64,000 nucleotides of DNA, taken from assembly GCA_964448085.1 (NCBI GenBank), contig CAYUUX010000003.1, forward strand, positions 5,865 to 69,864, read 5' to 3'. A model generated the notes under the pieces. The model was not told the origin of the DNA, ran no database searches, and saw only the letters and a program-made list of their open reading frames with translations. The DNA comes from an uncultured Gammaproteobacteria bacterium (GTDB lineage: Bacteria > Patescibacteriota > Microgenomatia > UBA10105 > UBA927). Of this stretch, positions 7,849 to 18,133 are shown in pieces; within the stretch, counting starts at the first letter, position 1; each line of letters starts with the position of its first letter. Made by a program: the position numbers and the translations under genes.

Positions 7849-9937
7849 ATGGTTGCTTCGAAGGGGACGGAGTGGGAATGGGAGCGCAGAGTTTTCCTGC
7901 AGGTTCCGTTCCACGAATGAAAAACTCCGGTCTTCCAAAATAACAGGATATAGACACAATGGATTCGTTGCGTATAGGTAACTCATCCGCCGTATCTTTG
8001 AGAAGTTCGGTCATAATATCATGCCAAATCGGTGCTGCTCCCGTAACTCCCGAGGAGAGATAGGGATTCATTGGTGAGTTATCGTTATTGCCTACCCAAA
8101 CAGCGGCAAGATAGGATGGTGTATAGCCAATGGTCCAATTATCGCGCTTGTCGTTGCTTGTTCCTGTTTTTACTGATACGGTTTTTCCTGGTATGACAAG
8201 TTCAGATTGTAATCCGAATGCGTTTGAGCGTGCGACGTTATCAGATAAGATATTCCCCATAATCCAGGCAACTTCCGGTTTTACCGCCTGGACGCCTTTC
8301 GATGGTGTATGCCGTTCATACACTTTTCCGGTGTAATCGGTTACCTCTAGGATCGGTTGTGTATCTTGACGAACGCCACCGTTAGCGAGCGTTCCGAAAA
8401 CTTCCGTCATATCAAGCATGGTGACATCTGCGCCGCCCAGTGTGATGGACAAACCATATCTTGATGGATCTGTCCAAGAGTCAATTCCCATTGCTTTTCC
8501 TTTTTCAACGATATCGCGTACGCCAAGTTTGGCAGCTAATTTTACCGCAGGAACATTGTAGGAATTGGCGAGCGCGTATCGAAGTGGTGTTATTCCATGA
8601 AATTTCCCATCGTAATTGACCGGAGCGTATGGTGGATTGTTTGGGATTGAATACACTACGGGACTGTCGTCCAAAAGGGAAGCTGCGGTAAATCCTTGCT
8701 CTAATGCGAGCGCGTACGTTACCACTTTTATGGAAGACCCCGGTTGTCTAAGTGAGGTGGTGACATTCACGTTCCCATCGTGTTCGCTGTCAAAATAGTC
8801 ATGGCTGCCAACCATCGCAAGAATTTCTCCCGTCTTTGGATTAGTAACCACCGCGGCTCCATTGCCGACATTGAGATATTTCAAAGATTGAATATGGGAT
8901 GAAACTATGGATTGGACAGAGTCCTGCAATTGCACGTCAAGTGACGTAACGATACGTAAGCCTCCCTGTTCTACCAATCGTGTTCCGTACTTTTTTTCAA
9001 GCAATTCCTTGATGTACATAACGAAATGCGGAGCCCGTATGGATATATTGGGAGGCGCAAATGAAATGGTTTCCGTGTATGCTGCTTCCGCTTCCTCTTT
9101 TGTGATGTATCCGTCTTCCACCATGCGGCGAAGCACTTCCATTTGTCGATTGAATGCTTTTTCTGGATGTGCGCCAAAGGGAGAATATTCCGTGGGTGCT
9201 GCAGGAAGGCCAGCAAGAAGAGTAATTTCCCCAAGGGAAAGGTCAACAAGTTTTTTACCGAAATATGTTTCACTTGCCGACTCTACACCCCACGCCGTTC
9301 CTCCATATGGGACCTGGTTTAAGTACATTTCAAGTATCTGATCTTTGGAATAAATGCGTTCTGCCCAGAATGCAAGTATGATTTCCTTTATTTTCCGATA
9401 GATGGAGACTTCCGGAGACAGCAGTGCGGATTTGATAAGTTGTTGTGTTATGGTGGATCCTCCTTGGATTGCTCCATGGAACACGATTTCTTTTAACGCC
9501 CGCACAATCCCTTTGATGGAGAATCCGTTGTGTTGGTAAAATTCACGGTCTTCTATAGCGATGGTTGCCTGTTTGAGTCGTTTCGGAATTTCTGACAATG
9601 GCATTGGGGATCGATTCTGTTCTGCGTATATTTCATACAAGAGTGTACCGTGTCGGTCAAAAATTTTGGAGGATACGGCAAGGTCTCTGCGGGAAAGCAT
9701 GGACGGGTTCGGAAGTGATCGTAACCAACCGTAGACAACATACGGGAGAAACACCAATACTATTGTGGTAAGGACGCCAATAACAAAGGAAGACAAAAGA
9801 AAACGTTTTTTACCACCTCGCGTATTTTTTGAGGATCTCCAGAAGGCCAATTGTTGCTTTTTCGATTGTACTTTGGGAAACACAGCGGGAACACGTTTTG
9901 GAAACAAGTATTGTTTATTGGCGTTCGTACGAGCCAT
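7847..9937 (-). CDS. Class A penicillin-binding protein (PBP1A family)
   Basis: Transglycosylase EDREF, GGSTITQQL, RKIKE; transpeptidase SSIK, SYN, KTG. Confidence 0.96.
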   Translation of the reverse strand: MARTNANKQYLFPKRVPAVFPKVQSKKQQLAFWRSSKNTRGGKKRFLLSSFVIGVLTTIVLVFLPYVVYGWLRSLPNPSMLSRRDLAVSSKIFDRHGTLLYEIYAEQNRSPMPLSEIPKRLKQATIAIEDREFYQHNGFSIKGIVRALKEIVFHGAIQGGSTITQQLIKSALLSPEVSIYRKIKEIILAFWAERIYSKDQILEMYLNQVPYGGTAWGVESASETYFGKKLVDLSLGEITLLAGLPAAPTEYSPFGAHPEKAFNRQMEVLRRMVEDGYITKEEAEAAYTETISFAPPNISIRAPHFVMYIKELLEKKYGTRLVEQGGLRIVTSLDVQLQDSVQSIVSSHIQSLKYLNVGNGAAVVTNPKTGEILAMVGSHDYFDSEHDGNVNVTTSLRQPGSSIKVVTYALALEQGFTAASLLDDSPVVYSIPNNPPYAPVNYDGKFHGITPLRYALANSYNVPAVKLAAKLGVRDIVEKGKAMGIDSWTDPSRYGLSITLGGADVTMLDMTEVFGTLANGGVRQDTQPILEVTDYTGKVYERHTPSKGVQAVKPEVAWIMGNILSDNVARSNAFGLQSELVIPGKTVSVKTGTSNDKRDNWTIGYTPSYLAAVWVGNNDNSPMNPYLSSGVTGAAPIWHDIMTELLKDTADELPIRNESIVSISCYFGRPEFFIRGTEPAGKLCAPIPTPSPSKQP

Positions 9938-9988
9938 AACAGCAAATGAGTTATACCACAGGATGAAGAAAAAACAAATAACGAGATT

Positions 9989-12202
9989 TTATGGTGATAT
10001 ATAGGAGGAAGAACCACCAGGATGCTGACAGTCGAGACAATACGTAGAGAGTGGATCACGAAGTACCTGGTGTTCCTGAGTTTCGACATTGTCGGTTTTG
10101 CCTCGGGGTGCAAGGTCTCCCGTAGATTTATCAATGGGAATAGATTGTTTGATTTGTTCGCGTTCCGTTGGTACTGTGCCTTTGATAAAATATTCAAAGC
10201 GTGTCGTACATCCTTTGGAATCTCCTTCCGCTGATGGGTTAGGTGGGAGCAGTCCACTCATGGTACAAATTTGGGCGCCAACAACTCCTTCGGGTTGTTT
10301 GGGCCAAATATCGGGTTTATCAAGGAGCGCCCTTCGCATGAGTTGATTCCATATGGGTGCCGCGCCAGTGACTCCAGATACAAGGTACCGATTCATAGGG
10401 GAATTATCGTTGTTGCCAACCCATGTTGCGACAAGTATTTGTGGAGTATATCCAATTGTCCAGTTGTCTCGAAGATCATCCGTCGTGCCGGTTTTGACAG
10501 AAACAGCTTTTCCTGGAATGACAAGATAGGAATTGGATCCGAACGCGTCTTGTCGTGCATTGTTATCAAGAAGCATGTGAGATATCAAAAATGCTGTTTC
10601 CTGTGATATGACTCGGTCGCCGCGGAGCAATAATTGCGACGGAACATCTTTGTCCATATTGGGATCCGTCCGTTCCTCAAGAACGATGCCGTCTTTATTG
10701 ACGACTTTTTTGATGGCAAAGAGATCCTTGCGGATGCCGCCGTTGGCAAACACACCGAATGCTACCGCCATATCGATCATCTGTACCTCTCCACCGCCAA
10801 GCGTTAACGAAAGCCCGTAATTATCAGGATTGGATATGGTATTGAGACCAAATGCGCTTGCCGATGCGACAAAATCCCGGACCGTATTGAGATAGAGCGT
10901 TTTGACAGCTGGAATATTATATGAATTGCCAAGCGCAAAGCGGACCTGCACGGGTCCGTGGAATTTAAAATCATAATTGTGCGGACAATATGTGGGTTGG
11001 TTGACTATGCCAAAACACGTGGGTACATCCAAAAACATAGTAGCCGGAGTAATAAGCTTGCGCTCGAGCGCAACGGCATAGTTGATCGGCTTGATGGAAG
11101 ATCCTGGTTGTCGGAGCGCTGTCGTAACGTTAAAACCGCCCGAAGGAGTGGCAAAGTAATCAACACTTCCAACCATCGCTAATATTTCTCCCGTTGCTGG
11201 ATTTGTAATGATGGCTGCACCGTTCGTTACCTGGGTATCTTGAAGATCTGCAACCTCAGATGATACTGTTGCTTGGGCGTATTCCTGAAGCGAAAGATCA
11301 AGCGTGGTATATACTTTTAGGCCGCCGCGTTCCACCATGTGTTCTCCGTATTTTTCAACAAGTTGCTCTTTGACATACATGACAAAATGCGGCGCTTGGA
11401 TATTTGCAGGTGGAATAAAGGTAATCGTTTCTTCTGCAGCACGACGAGCCTCTTCTTCGGTGATATATCCGTCTTCTTTCATGCGGCGCAACACGTCTTT
11501 TTGTCGTTGATTGGCAAGATCCGGATTGTTGCCGTAGGGTGAGTAAAGCGTTGGTGCTTGTGGCAGTCCCGCAAGTAGTGCTGCCTGCGCGAGAGTGAGT
11601 TGCTTAACAGGTTTACCGAAGAATTTTTCAGACGCGGTTGCAATACCCCATGCGGTACCCCCATAGGGAACTTGATTCAAATACATTTCAAGGATTTTAT
11701 CTTTTGAATATAAAAACTCGACCCATTGTGCCAGGAAAATTTCTTTCAGTTTGCGAGTGATGGTTCGTTGTGGGGTCAATAAAGCGGACTTAACGAGTTG
11801 TTGTGTAATCGTTGATCCACCCTGAAGCTGTTTTCCCATGACCGTAGCGCTGATAGCCCGAAGTATTCCACCGACAGGATTTATGCCTTGATGTCGATAG
11901 AAGTCTTTGTCCTCTATGGCAATGGTTGCCTGACGAACCGGCAGGGGAATTTCAGAAAGAGGAACGATTGTGCGGTTTTCGTCGGTAAATATGTCAAACA
12001 ATAGAACACCGTTGCGGTCGTAGATTTTGGTGGAAAGGGGTATGTCGTAAGTTCCCAACTTTGAAGGCGATGGGAGATCTTTTATGAAAACCATGTAAAA
12101 AAATATGATGATACAAAGCGGAAGAAGCCAATAAATATAAGGAAGATATTTGCCGATACGCAAAGTCACGATGGATGGCTTTTTGTTCTGCGTTTTTTTC
12201 AT
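9989..12202 (-). CDS. Class A penicillin-binding protein (PBP1A family), tandem paralog
   Basis: EDKDF, GGSTITQQL, SSIK, SYN, KTG; start moved to ATG 12202. Confidence 0.96.
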   Translation of the reverse strand: MKKTQNKKPSIVTLRIGKYLPYIYWLLPLCIIIFFYMVFIKDLPSPSKLGTYDIPLSTKIYDRNGVLLFDIFTDENRTIVPLSEIPLPVRQATIAIEDKDFYRHQGINPVGGILRAISATVMGKQLQGGSTITQQLVKSALLTPQRTITRKLKEIFLAQWVEFLYSKDKILEMYLNQVPYGGTAWGIATASEKFFGKPVKQLTLAQAALLAGLPQAPTLYSPYGNNPDLANQRQKDVLRRMKEDGYITEEEARRAAEETITFIPPANIQAPHFVMYVKEQLVEKYGEHMVERGGLKVYTTLDLSLQEYAQATVSSEVADLQDTQVTNGAAIITNPATGEILAMVGSVDYFATPSGGFNVTTALRQPGSSIKPINYAVALERKLITPATMFLDVPTCFGIVNQPTYCPHNYDFKFHGPVQVRFALGNSYNIPAVKTLYLNTVRDFVASASAFGLNTISNPDNYGLSLTLGGGEVQMIDMAVAFGVFANGGIRKDLFAIKKVVNKDGIVLEERTDPNMDKDVPSQLLLRGDRVISQETAFLISHMLLDNNARQDAFGSNSYLVIPGKAVSVKTGTTDDLRDNWTIGYTPQILVATWVGNNDNSPMNRYLVSGVTGAAPIWNQLMRRALLDKPDIWPKQPEGVVGAQICTMSGLLPPNPSAEGDSKGCTTRFEYFIKGTVPTEREQIKQSIPIDKSTGDLAPRGKTDNVETQEHQVLRDPLSTYCLDCQHPGGSSSYISP

Positions 12203-12237
12203 AGTCCCTATTATAATAGATAGGCAATCATACAAAT

Positions 12238-12891
12238 ATGTCCCACTCAGATGAGATAACAATTGAACATTATATACCCGAAACGGCTGAATATGCGATA
12301 CGCCGGTTCGGTTCTGAATTTTTTGTCTGCGCTGGTGGGGTTAAGGGAGAAGAAATGTGGGAGTTGGCAAGGCTTGCGGCCGAGACCGCGCTGTGGGGAT
12401 ATCGGGAGATTAGAACACGGGCATGCTATTGGAAAAACAAAAAAATATTAATCGAACGCATACTACGGACGACAAATACCTGCATATGGCAAAAGAAGAA
12501 AAGGGGAGTAAATAGAGGTGGTGTATTGCCGGAATGCACTGTTGGAGTCATAGGTGTTCGATCCATGTGGATTGGATATGTTGGAGATGTACAGATATTG
12601 GAGCGAAGAGGAGACGGGGAAAGACGCATTTTGGACAAACACGACAACAACGGGAAAGTTTCCCGAAGCCAATTGGGGCAAGAACGGTATGTGCGGAAGT
12701 TTTCCGTAATTTCACTTCCGTTCGATGGAAAAGATACGGTCGTTATCGTGCAGGGTAAAAACACGAACCTTGGAACGAGAGAGCTTGACGGGATTTGCTC
12801 ACTTGAAGCACGGGAACGGAATACATTGGCTGACGCTTCACATAACGCGATTATATTGATACATTCTGCACAACAACCCACAAGCGTTTGA
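12238..12891 (+). CDS. Degenerate PP2C-like domain protein
   Basis: CTVGVIGV...WIGYVGDVQI resembles the PP2C T..HVGDSR segment; other acidic motifs are not evident. Confidence 0.5.
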   Translation: MSHSDEITIEHYIPETAEYAIRRFGSEFFVCAGGVKGEEMWELARLAAETALWGYREIRTRACYWKNKKILIERILRTTNTCIWQKKKRGVNRGGVLPECTVGVIGVRSMWIGYVGDVQILERRGDGERRILDKHDNNGKVSRSQLGQERYVRKFSVISLPFDGKDTVVIVQGKNTNLGTRELDGICSLEARERNTLADASHNAIILIHSAQQPTSV

Positions 12892-12929
12892 AGATCTTGC
12901 AACAGCAACAGATATACTATACTAGTAGT

Positions 12930-13961
12930 ATGCAATTACCATCTGTCAGAGAAATTCCCAACGCATCGCATGTTGTGTTGCGTCTTGATCTGGACGTGCC
13001 GGTAAAAAATGGCGTCGTGACAGATGATAGGCGTCTGCAAAAATCTCTATCCACAATAGTGCTGTTACTGGAAAAACAGTGTAAGATTGTTGTTCTCGGG
13101 CATATGGGGCGTCCAAAAACCAGGGAAGAACAATACTCTTTACGACCGGTATATACGCATTTGTTGGATCTAATGCGTGGGAAACGGGCGCAAGAAATAC
13201 AAAGCGTGTTTCTTGATGGAATTGATGATCGGAAACGCGTTGAGGATGCAGTGCAAAGTCATGATATTGTATGTGTCGAGAATGTGCGATATTGGACTGG
13301 AGAAGAACAAAACGATCCAACGTTCCTTGCAAACATTCTTAATGCAACGGATAGTTTTGTGAACGACGCCACAGCGGTTGCTCACAGGAGACATGCTTCC
13401 GTTATGTTGCATACTCAATTACCGACGTATTATGGTCTTTCTTTTATTGAGGAAATAGAAAAGATTATAAGCGTTATCGATCACCCCAAAAAGCCGATAA
13501 CGATACTTTTGGGTGGTGCGAAGAAAGACAAATTGTCATACGTTGCCGATTTGCTGGATATTGCTGACCATATAGATTTGGGGGGAAAACTTCCCATCCT
13601 TATACGGGAAGAGCCACAATTTCCACACAGTGACAAAGTGTACGTTGCAGGACTTCGGGAAGACGCCTTGGATCTTTGTGATAACGATGTTTTTGTAATA
13701 AAAAGCCACATTGCACAGGCGCAGACCGTGCTCTGGGTGGGTGCAATGGGATTTTACGAAAACGAAAGTGCACAAAAGGGAACGAATGAAATTGCAAAAG
13801 CAGTTGCAGAAAGTAATGCATTCACCATTGTTGCGGGAGGTGACACGGAGGCATCCATTGCCTCCCTTGGATACAATGACAAAATCGGTCTTATTGCTTC
13901 GGGTGGTGGTATGTTGTTGGAGTTATTAACGAAAAAATCACTTCCTGCATGGACTGTGTAA
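12930..13961 (+). CDS. pgk: Phosphoglycerate kinase
   Basis: RLDLDVP, HMGRP, ENVRY, AHRRHAS, GGAK, GGDT, SGGG. Confidence 0.95.
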   Translation: MQLPSVREIPNASHVVLRLDLDVPVKNGVVTDDRRLQKSLSTIVLLLEKQCKIVVLGHMGRPKTREEQYSLRPVYTHLLDLMRGKRAQEIQSVFLDGIDDRKRVEDAVQSHDIVCVENVRYWTGEEQNDPTFLANILNATDSFVNDATAVAHRRHASVMLHTQLPTYYGLSFIEEIEKIISVIDHPKKPITILLGGAKKDKLSYVADLLDIADHIDLGGKLPILIREEPQFPHSDKVYVAGLREDALDLCDNDVFVIKSHIAQAQTVLWVGAMGFYENESAQKGTNEIAKAVAESNAFTIVAGGDTEASIASLGYNDKIGLIASGGGMLLELLTKKSLPAWTV

Positions 13962-14005
13962 TCGTTTTTGTTTTTCTCTTATACAAGAAGGTATAGAATA
14001 GAACT

Positions 14006-15046
14006 ATGAAGAAAAAGCTTCGCATTGGTATCAATGGATTTGGAAGGATTGGAACTGTTGTCCTACGCGCTATTTTAGCTGAAGCGTATAACGTAGAAGT
14101 TGCTGCAATCAATACAAAAGGAACAATGGAAGCTGAAAGCTTAGCGCTGCAATTTAAATACGATTCCGTGTATGGAAGGGCACCTGTGCGCGTTTCATCA
14201 AGTGGACCAGATAAAGCAGCGGAGATTGGTATTCTTCACGTTGGTAACGAACATATACCGCTTCTTGGGGAATTGGTTCCTGAAAGAATCCCCTGGGGCG
14301 AATATGGTACAGACATAGTGCTCGAATGCACTGGGAAATTTACCAATACCGCCGCATTGGGACATATGACCGGTGGTGCAAAAAAAGTAATCATTTCCGC
14401 GCCCCCGAAAGATGAAAAAATTCCCGTGTATATCCTTGGAGTAAACGAATCTGCATATCAGGGGGAAACATTAGTTTCCAACGGATCATGCACCACGAAT
14501 TGCGTCGCTCCAATTGTAAAACTGATAGACGAAAAAATAGGGTTTCAAGAGGGCGTATTGACGACCATTCATGCCTATACTACAAATCAGAGTATTGTTG
14601 ATGGTGCCGGAAAAGATCCACGCCGCGCACGTGCAGGAGCTATGAATATAGTTCCCACGGCAACGGGTGCTGCAGAGGCGGTTATTGCCGCATACCCGCG
14701 GGCAAAGGGGAGATTTGCGGGTTCAGCTATACGTGTCCCTGTTGTCTGTGGTTCTTATTCAGACCTGACGTTTAAAGCGGTTCGAAAAACCACCATTGAT
14801 GAGGTGAATGCAATTTTTGAAGAGGCGTGCACATCGTCGGAATTGGTTGGGAAAATGAAAGTAACGTACGATCCAATCGTATCTTCAGATATTATCGGTG
14901 ATAATGCGTCTTGTATCATAGATACCCGGATGACAAAAGTTGTTTCAGACGACATGATTTCCATAGGAGCTTGGTATGATAACGAATACGGATATTCTTG
15001 TCGCCTCATAGAACTCGCGATGTATATGGCGGCGTTTAATAAGTAA
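14006..15046 (+). CDS. gap: Glyceraldehyde-3-phosphate dehydrogenase, type I
   Basis: GINGFGRIG, SCTTNC, WYDNEYGYS. Confidence 0.97.
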   Translation: MKKKLRIGINGFGRIGTVVLRAILAEAYNVEVAAINTKGTMEAESLALQFKYDSVYGRAPVRVSSSGPDKAAEIGILHVGNEHIPLLGELVPERIPWGEYGTDIVLECTGKFTNTAALGHMTGGAKKVIISAPPKDEKIPVYILGVNESAYQGETLVSNGSCTTNCVAPIVKLIDEKIGFQEGVLTTIHAYTTNQSIVDGAGKDPRRARAGAMNIVPTATGAAEAVIAAYPRAKGRFAGSAIRVPVVCGSYSDLTFKAVRKTTIDEVNAIFEEACTSSELVGKMKVTYDPIVSSDIIGDNASCIIDTRMTKVVSDDMISIGAWYDNEYGYSCRLIELAMYMAAFNK

Positions 15047-15061
15047 TGTTTGTGGGCAACG

Positions 15062-15649
15062 CTAAACAGCTGAAGAAAAAAAATATTTTCTCACAAAACG
15101 AATTTGTTCTTCTGTATATCCCAGTTGAGAAAGAAGCTCCTGTATCTCTGCTTTGGATTTGCCTTGATTTGTCATTGATTGTGTAATTTGCAGGATCATT
15201 TCTGTGGGTTCGTAGGGGAATAAAATCCATTGTGTGGTTTCCTTGGCAAAATAATCAGGGCGGTATACGGAGTGTGCTTTGTAAAACATCGTAACGACAC
15301 GTATGCTTGCCGGTTTAAAGCGTTTAAGGTAGCCAGTTGCACGAACAAGCGTTTTTCCGGAATCAGCAACATCGTCAACAAGAAGAACGTGTTTGTTCAC
15401 AATACGAGTTTTGAGCGGTTCCGTTATGCTCACCTCACCTTGGGTTTGGATATCCGTGTAGCTTTGAATGGCGAATGTAGCAACTGGTTTTCGGAGAAAG
15501 TCTGATAATATATGCCCCAACGTTAATCCTCCCCGGGAGATCGCGACGATTTGATCAACACCGGTTGAGTGGGATAGTATGGAGGCCGCAAGTTTCCTCG
15601 CTAAGTCATGATAGGTATTCCAGGATATGGGGAGGTATTGAATGGGCAT
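15062..15649 (-). CDS. Purine phosphoribosyltransferase (HPRT/XGPRT-like)
   Basis: ISRGG, VLLVDDVADSGKT PRPP motif, WILFPYE. Confidence 0.9.
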   Translation of the reverse strand: MPIQYLPISWNTYHDLARKLAASILSHSTGVDQIVAISRGGLTLGHILSDFLRKPVATFAIQSYTDIQTQGEVSITEPLKTRIVNKHVLLVDDVADSGKTLVRATGYLKRFKPASIRVVTMFYKAHSVYRPDYFAKETTQWILFPYEPTEMILQITQSMTNQGKSKAEIQELLSQLGYTEEQIRFVRKYFFSSAV

Positions 15650-15670
15650 ATCTTAGTATCTCGTTTATAC

Positions 15671-15698
15671 TTGACGCTTGTCAATTGCGTTCTATAAT
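15671..15698 (+). promoter_or_regulatory. Sigma70 promoter of the kinase-HD-DUF5667 genes
   Basis: TTGACG-16 nt-TATAAT, 7 nt before ATG 15706. Confidence 0.7.
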
Positions 15699-15705
15699 GG
15701 GGTAC

Positions 15706-16317
15706 ATGAATATCCAACAAACAAGTAAACTCAAGTACGCAAGTATTGCCATATCTGGACGACCCGGGGCAGGGAGATCGACGCTTCTGAAGAATTTGAA
15801 GCCCATTGTTGAAGCATTGGGATGGGAGACGTTTTCCGGAGGGGATTGGGCAAGACAATTTGCTGTGAAAGCTGGGAAACACAATGCGAGCGATCCAACA
15901 CACCATAAAGCAACGGATTATTCTGACGAAATTGATCATCAGATTGATGCGGCGATGCGGGAAAAATTATCAGATCCCAACACACACGTAGCTGTAGAAT
16001 CTTGGATAGCGGGATGGAATATGAGAGGGTTGCCACATGTATTGAAAGTGCTTCTTATGTGTGATGACGCACTTCGAATTGATCGCGTGGTGAATAGGGA
16101 TAATTTGAGTGTGGATGAAGCAAAACAACACCTTCGCGTGCGGGAAGAAGCAAATTTGGGGAAATGGAAAAGAATGTATGACGCAACGGACTATTGGGAT
16201 CCGAAGTATTATGATTTAGTTATCAATACGTATTCTCATGGACCAAAAGAAACAGTAAATCTTGTTTTGCAGGCGCTTGGGTATTTTGCAGCAAATGGGC
16301 AAGATAAAGAAAGTTAA
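15706..16317 (+). CDS. Cytidylate kinase-like P-loop kinase (archaeal/CPR type)
   Basis: ISGRPGAGRST, SGGDWAR, VESWIAGW, YDLVINT. Confidence 0.8.
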   Translation: MNIQQTSKLKYASIAISGRPGAGRSTLLKNLKPIVEALGWETFSGGDWARQFAVKAGKHNASDPTHHKATDYSDEIDHQIDAAMREKLSDPNTHVAVESWIAGWNMRGLPHVLKVLLMCDDALRIDRVVNRDNLSVDEAKQHLRVREEANLGKWKRMYDATDYWDPKYYDLVINTYSHGPKETVNLVLQALGYFAANGQDKES

Positions 16318-16321
16318 CAGA

Positions 16322-16897
16322 ATGATACCTTCAGGTGAAACGATTGCCAAACTGTGGGATGTTCACGGGCTTCCGGAAGAAAAAAAACACCATTGCGGGT
16401 TAGTTGCTGGTTTAGCAATGTATATTGTGGAGCAAATACAGGAAAAACAAGCGATAGCGATTCAAAAAAACCTCGTGTACGCAAGCGCGCTTCTCCATGA
16501 TATTGATAAAAAAATGGAAAACCTGCCGGGTGAACAACACCCGGATGCTGCGGTGCGTATGTTAACCGAGCTTGGAATGCAGGAAATTGCTCGCATGGTA
16601 CAATCACACCCGCTTCACGCGATTCTTGATGAGCGTATTGCCCCAAAAACAATAGAGGAAAAGATACTTTTCTTGTCCGATAAAATGGTCAAACACGACG
16701 TTATATCCGTCGAGGAACGATTCCGATTGTGGGAAAAGGAATCGCTTGACGAACACGGGAGAAGCGTTTTAGTCAGGGCGTATCCGAAAGTGAAGCAGTT
16801 GGAGCGTATATTATTGGGTATGATGCAGTTGCGTAGTGATGAAGTGATATTGGGATGCAAAACCAGTATACTAACAGAAGGAGGAAGTGTTTTATGA
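16322..16897 (+). CDS. HD-domain phosphohydrolase (HDIG-like)
   Basis: HCGLV ... LLHDIDK ... H ... H ... SDK. Confidence 0.85.
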   Translation: MIPSGETIAKLWDVHGLPEEKKHHCGLVAGLAMYIVEQIQEKQAIAIQKNLVYASALLHDIDKKMENLPGEQHPDAAVRMLTELGMQEIARMVQSHPLHAILDERIAPKTIEEKILFLSDKMVKHDVISVEERFRLWEKESLDEHGRSVLVRAYPKVKQLERILLGMMQLRSDEVILGCKTSILTEGGSVL

Positions 16898-17448
16898 AAA
16901 ATCGAATACTAATAGTATTTGTTTTATGTTTATTTTCGCTTTCGGCTCGATTAAACATTGTACGCGCCGCGGATACAGTACCATTGTCATCTGGTGTTGC
17001 GGCGGAGGAAAAAATTGAATACACACTTCCGTATCCGGGAATTCTTCCGGATCACCCCTTATACTCAATCAAGCGTTTTCGTGATTATGTTCTAGAATTA
17101 GTGATTGCAGATCCGGTTCGGAAGGCGGAATTTTATATATTACAGGGAGACAAACGGTTACAAATGGGTATCATGCTTCATGCGAACAAAAAAGATGTTC
17201 TTGCCGAAACCACGATTTCCAAAGGCGAAAAGTATTTAGGGAAGGCAATAGATATGCTTGTATCGTACAAGAAAAATTCTGGAACCATACCGGAATATAT
17301 TGTTGAAAAGATACAAAAGTCATTGCAAAAACATGGAGAAGAGATAACGGTTTTGTTGCAAAATGTTTCGGAGGCACAAAAACGAGGATTAACAGAGTCA
17401 TTACAATACATCCAATCGTTGCAGAAGGAAATAGAAAAGCTTAAATAA
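16894..17448 (+). CDS. DUF5667-like secreted helical protein
   Basis: Signal peptide, YTLPYPGILPDHPLYSIKRFRD; AGGAGG RBS; ATGA overlap with the HD gene. Confidence 0.8.
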   Translation: MKNRILIVFVLCLFSLSARLNIVRAADTVPLSSGVAAEEKIEYTLPYPGILPDHPLYSIKRFRDYVLELVIADPVRKAEFYILQGDKRLQMGIMLHANKKDVLAETTISKGEKYLGKAIDMLVSYKKNSGTIPEYIVEKIQKSLQKHGEEITVLLQNVSEAQKRGLTESLQYIQSLQKEIEKLK

Positions 17449-17575
17449 CTGGATGTGTTCAGGGAAATGAATACATTCTTTTTGTTATTTCTTGATATTC
17501 TCCGAAGAATTTCTTCATGGAGTTAAAAAAGAAGCTGGGAGAAAAATTGACTGTTTTTGATATAGTAATTCTCTA

Positions 17576-17628
17576 TTGACCACCCCTAATTAGTGTTCTA
17601 CACTCGATGAGTGCACCATATATAGCGT
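17576..17628 (+). promoter_or_regulatory. Promoter with tandem NrdR boxes
   Basis: TTGACC(17576)-17 nt-TACACT(17599); boxes CACCCCTAATTAGTGT (17581-17596) and GCACCATATATAGCGT (17613-17628), 32 bp apart, versus consensus acaCwAtATaTwGtgt. Confidence 0.85.
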
Positions 17629-17660
17629 TTTATTTTTCACAGCTCTATTCACACGACACT

Positions 17661-18107
17661 ATGAAATGCCCGTATTGTGACCATAAGGATACCGATGTTT
17701 TGGAGACGCGGGATAGTGAAGACCTCTCCGTGACCAGGAGAAGACGGACATGTCCGAAATGCGATAAACGATTCACTACCTATGAGCGAGTTGAGCATGT
17801 TCCAATCACCGTTATCAAAAAAGACAAACGGCGCGAAACGTTTGACAGAGAAAAACTCAGTCGTGGAATATGGAGAGCAAGTGGAAAAACAACGTTGTCC
17901 GCAGACGATGTCAATAGAATTGTTGACGAGGTTGAGCGCGAGATTATAATCGGTGACAAGAATGAAGTGGAAAGCAAAACGATCGGTGAGCTTGTTGCAA
18001 AACGGCTGAAAAAGCTGGATAAAATTGCCTATATCAGATTTTCTAGCGTCTTTAAACAATTTGTAGACATAGAAGATTTGGCAAAGGAAGTAAAAAAAAT
18101 TAGTTGA
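17661..18107 (+). CDS. nrdR: Transcriptional repressor NrdR
   Basis: MKCPYC, RRRRTCPKCDKRFTTYE, ATP cone, IAYIRFSSVF. Confidence 0.98.
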   Translation: MKCPYCDHKDTDVLETRDSEDLSVTRRRRTCPKCDKRFTTYERVEHVPITVIKKDKRRETFDREKLSRGIWRASGKTTLSADDVNRIVDEVEREIIIGDKNEVESKTIGELVAKRLKKLDKIAYIRFSSVFKQFVDIEDLAKEVKKIS

Positions 18108-18133
18108 CCTGTCAGCACAAAGGAGAATGTTCT

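Noticed and set aside
17500-17523. Hairpin CTCCGAAGAA-T-TTCTTCATGGAG upstream of nrdR
   Set aside because: Imperfect stem with no T tract on the plus strand; cannot be supported as a terminator or ncRNA
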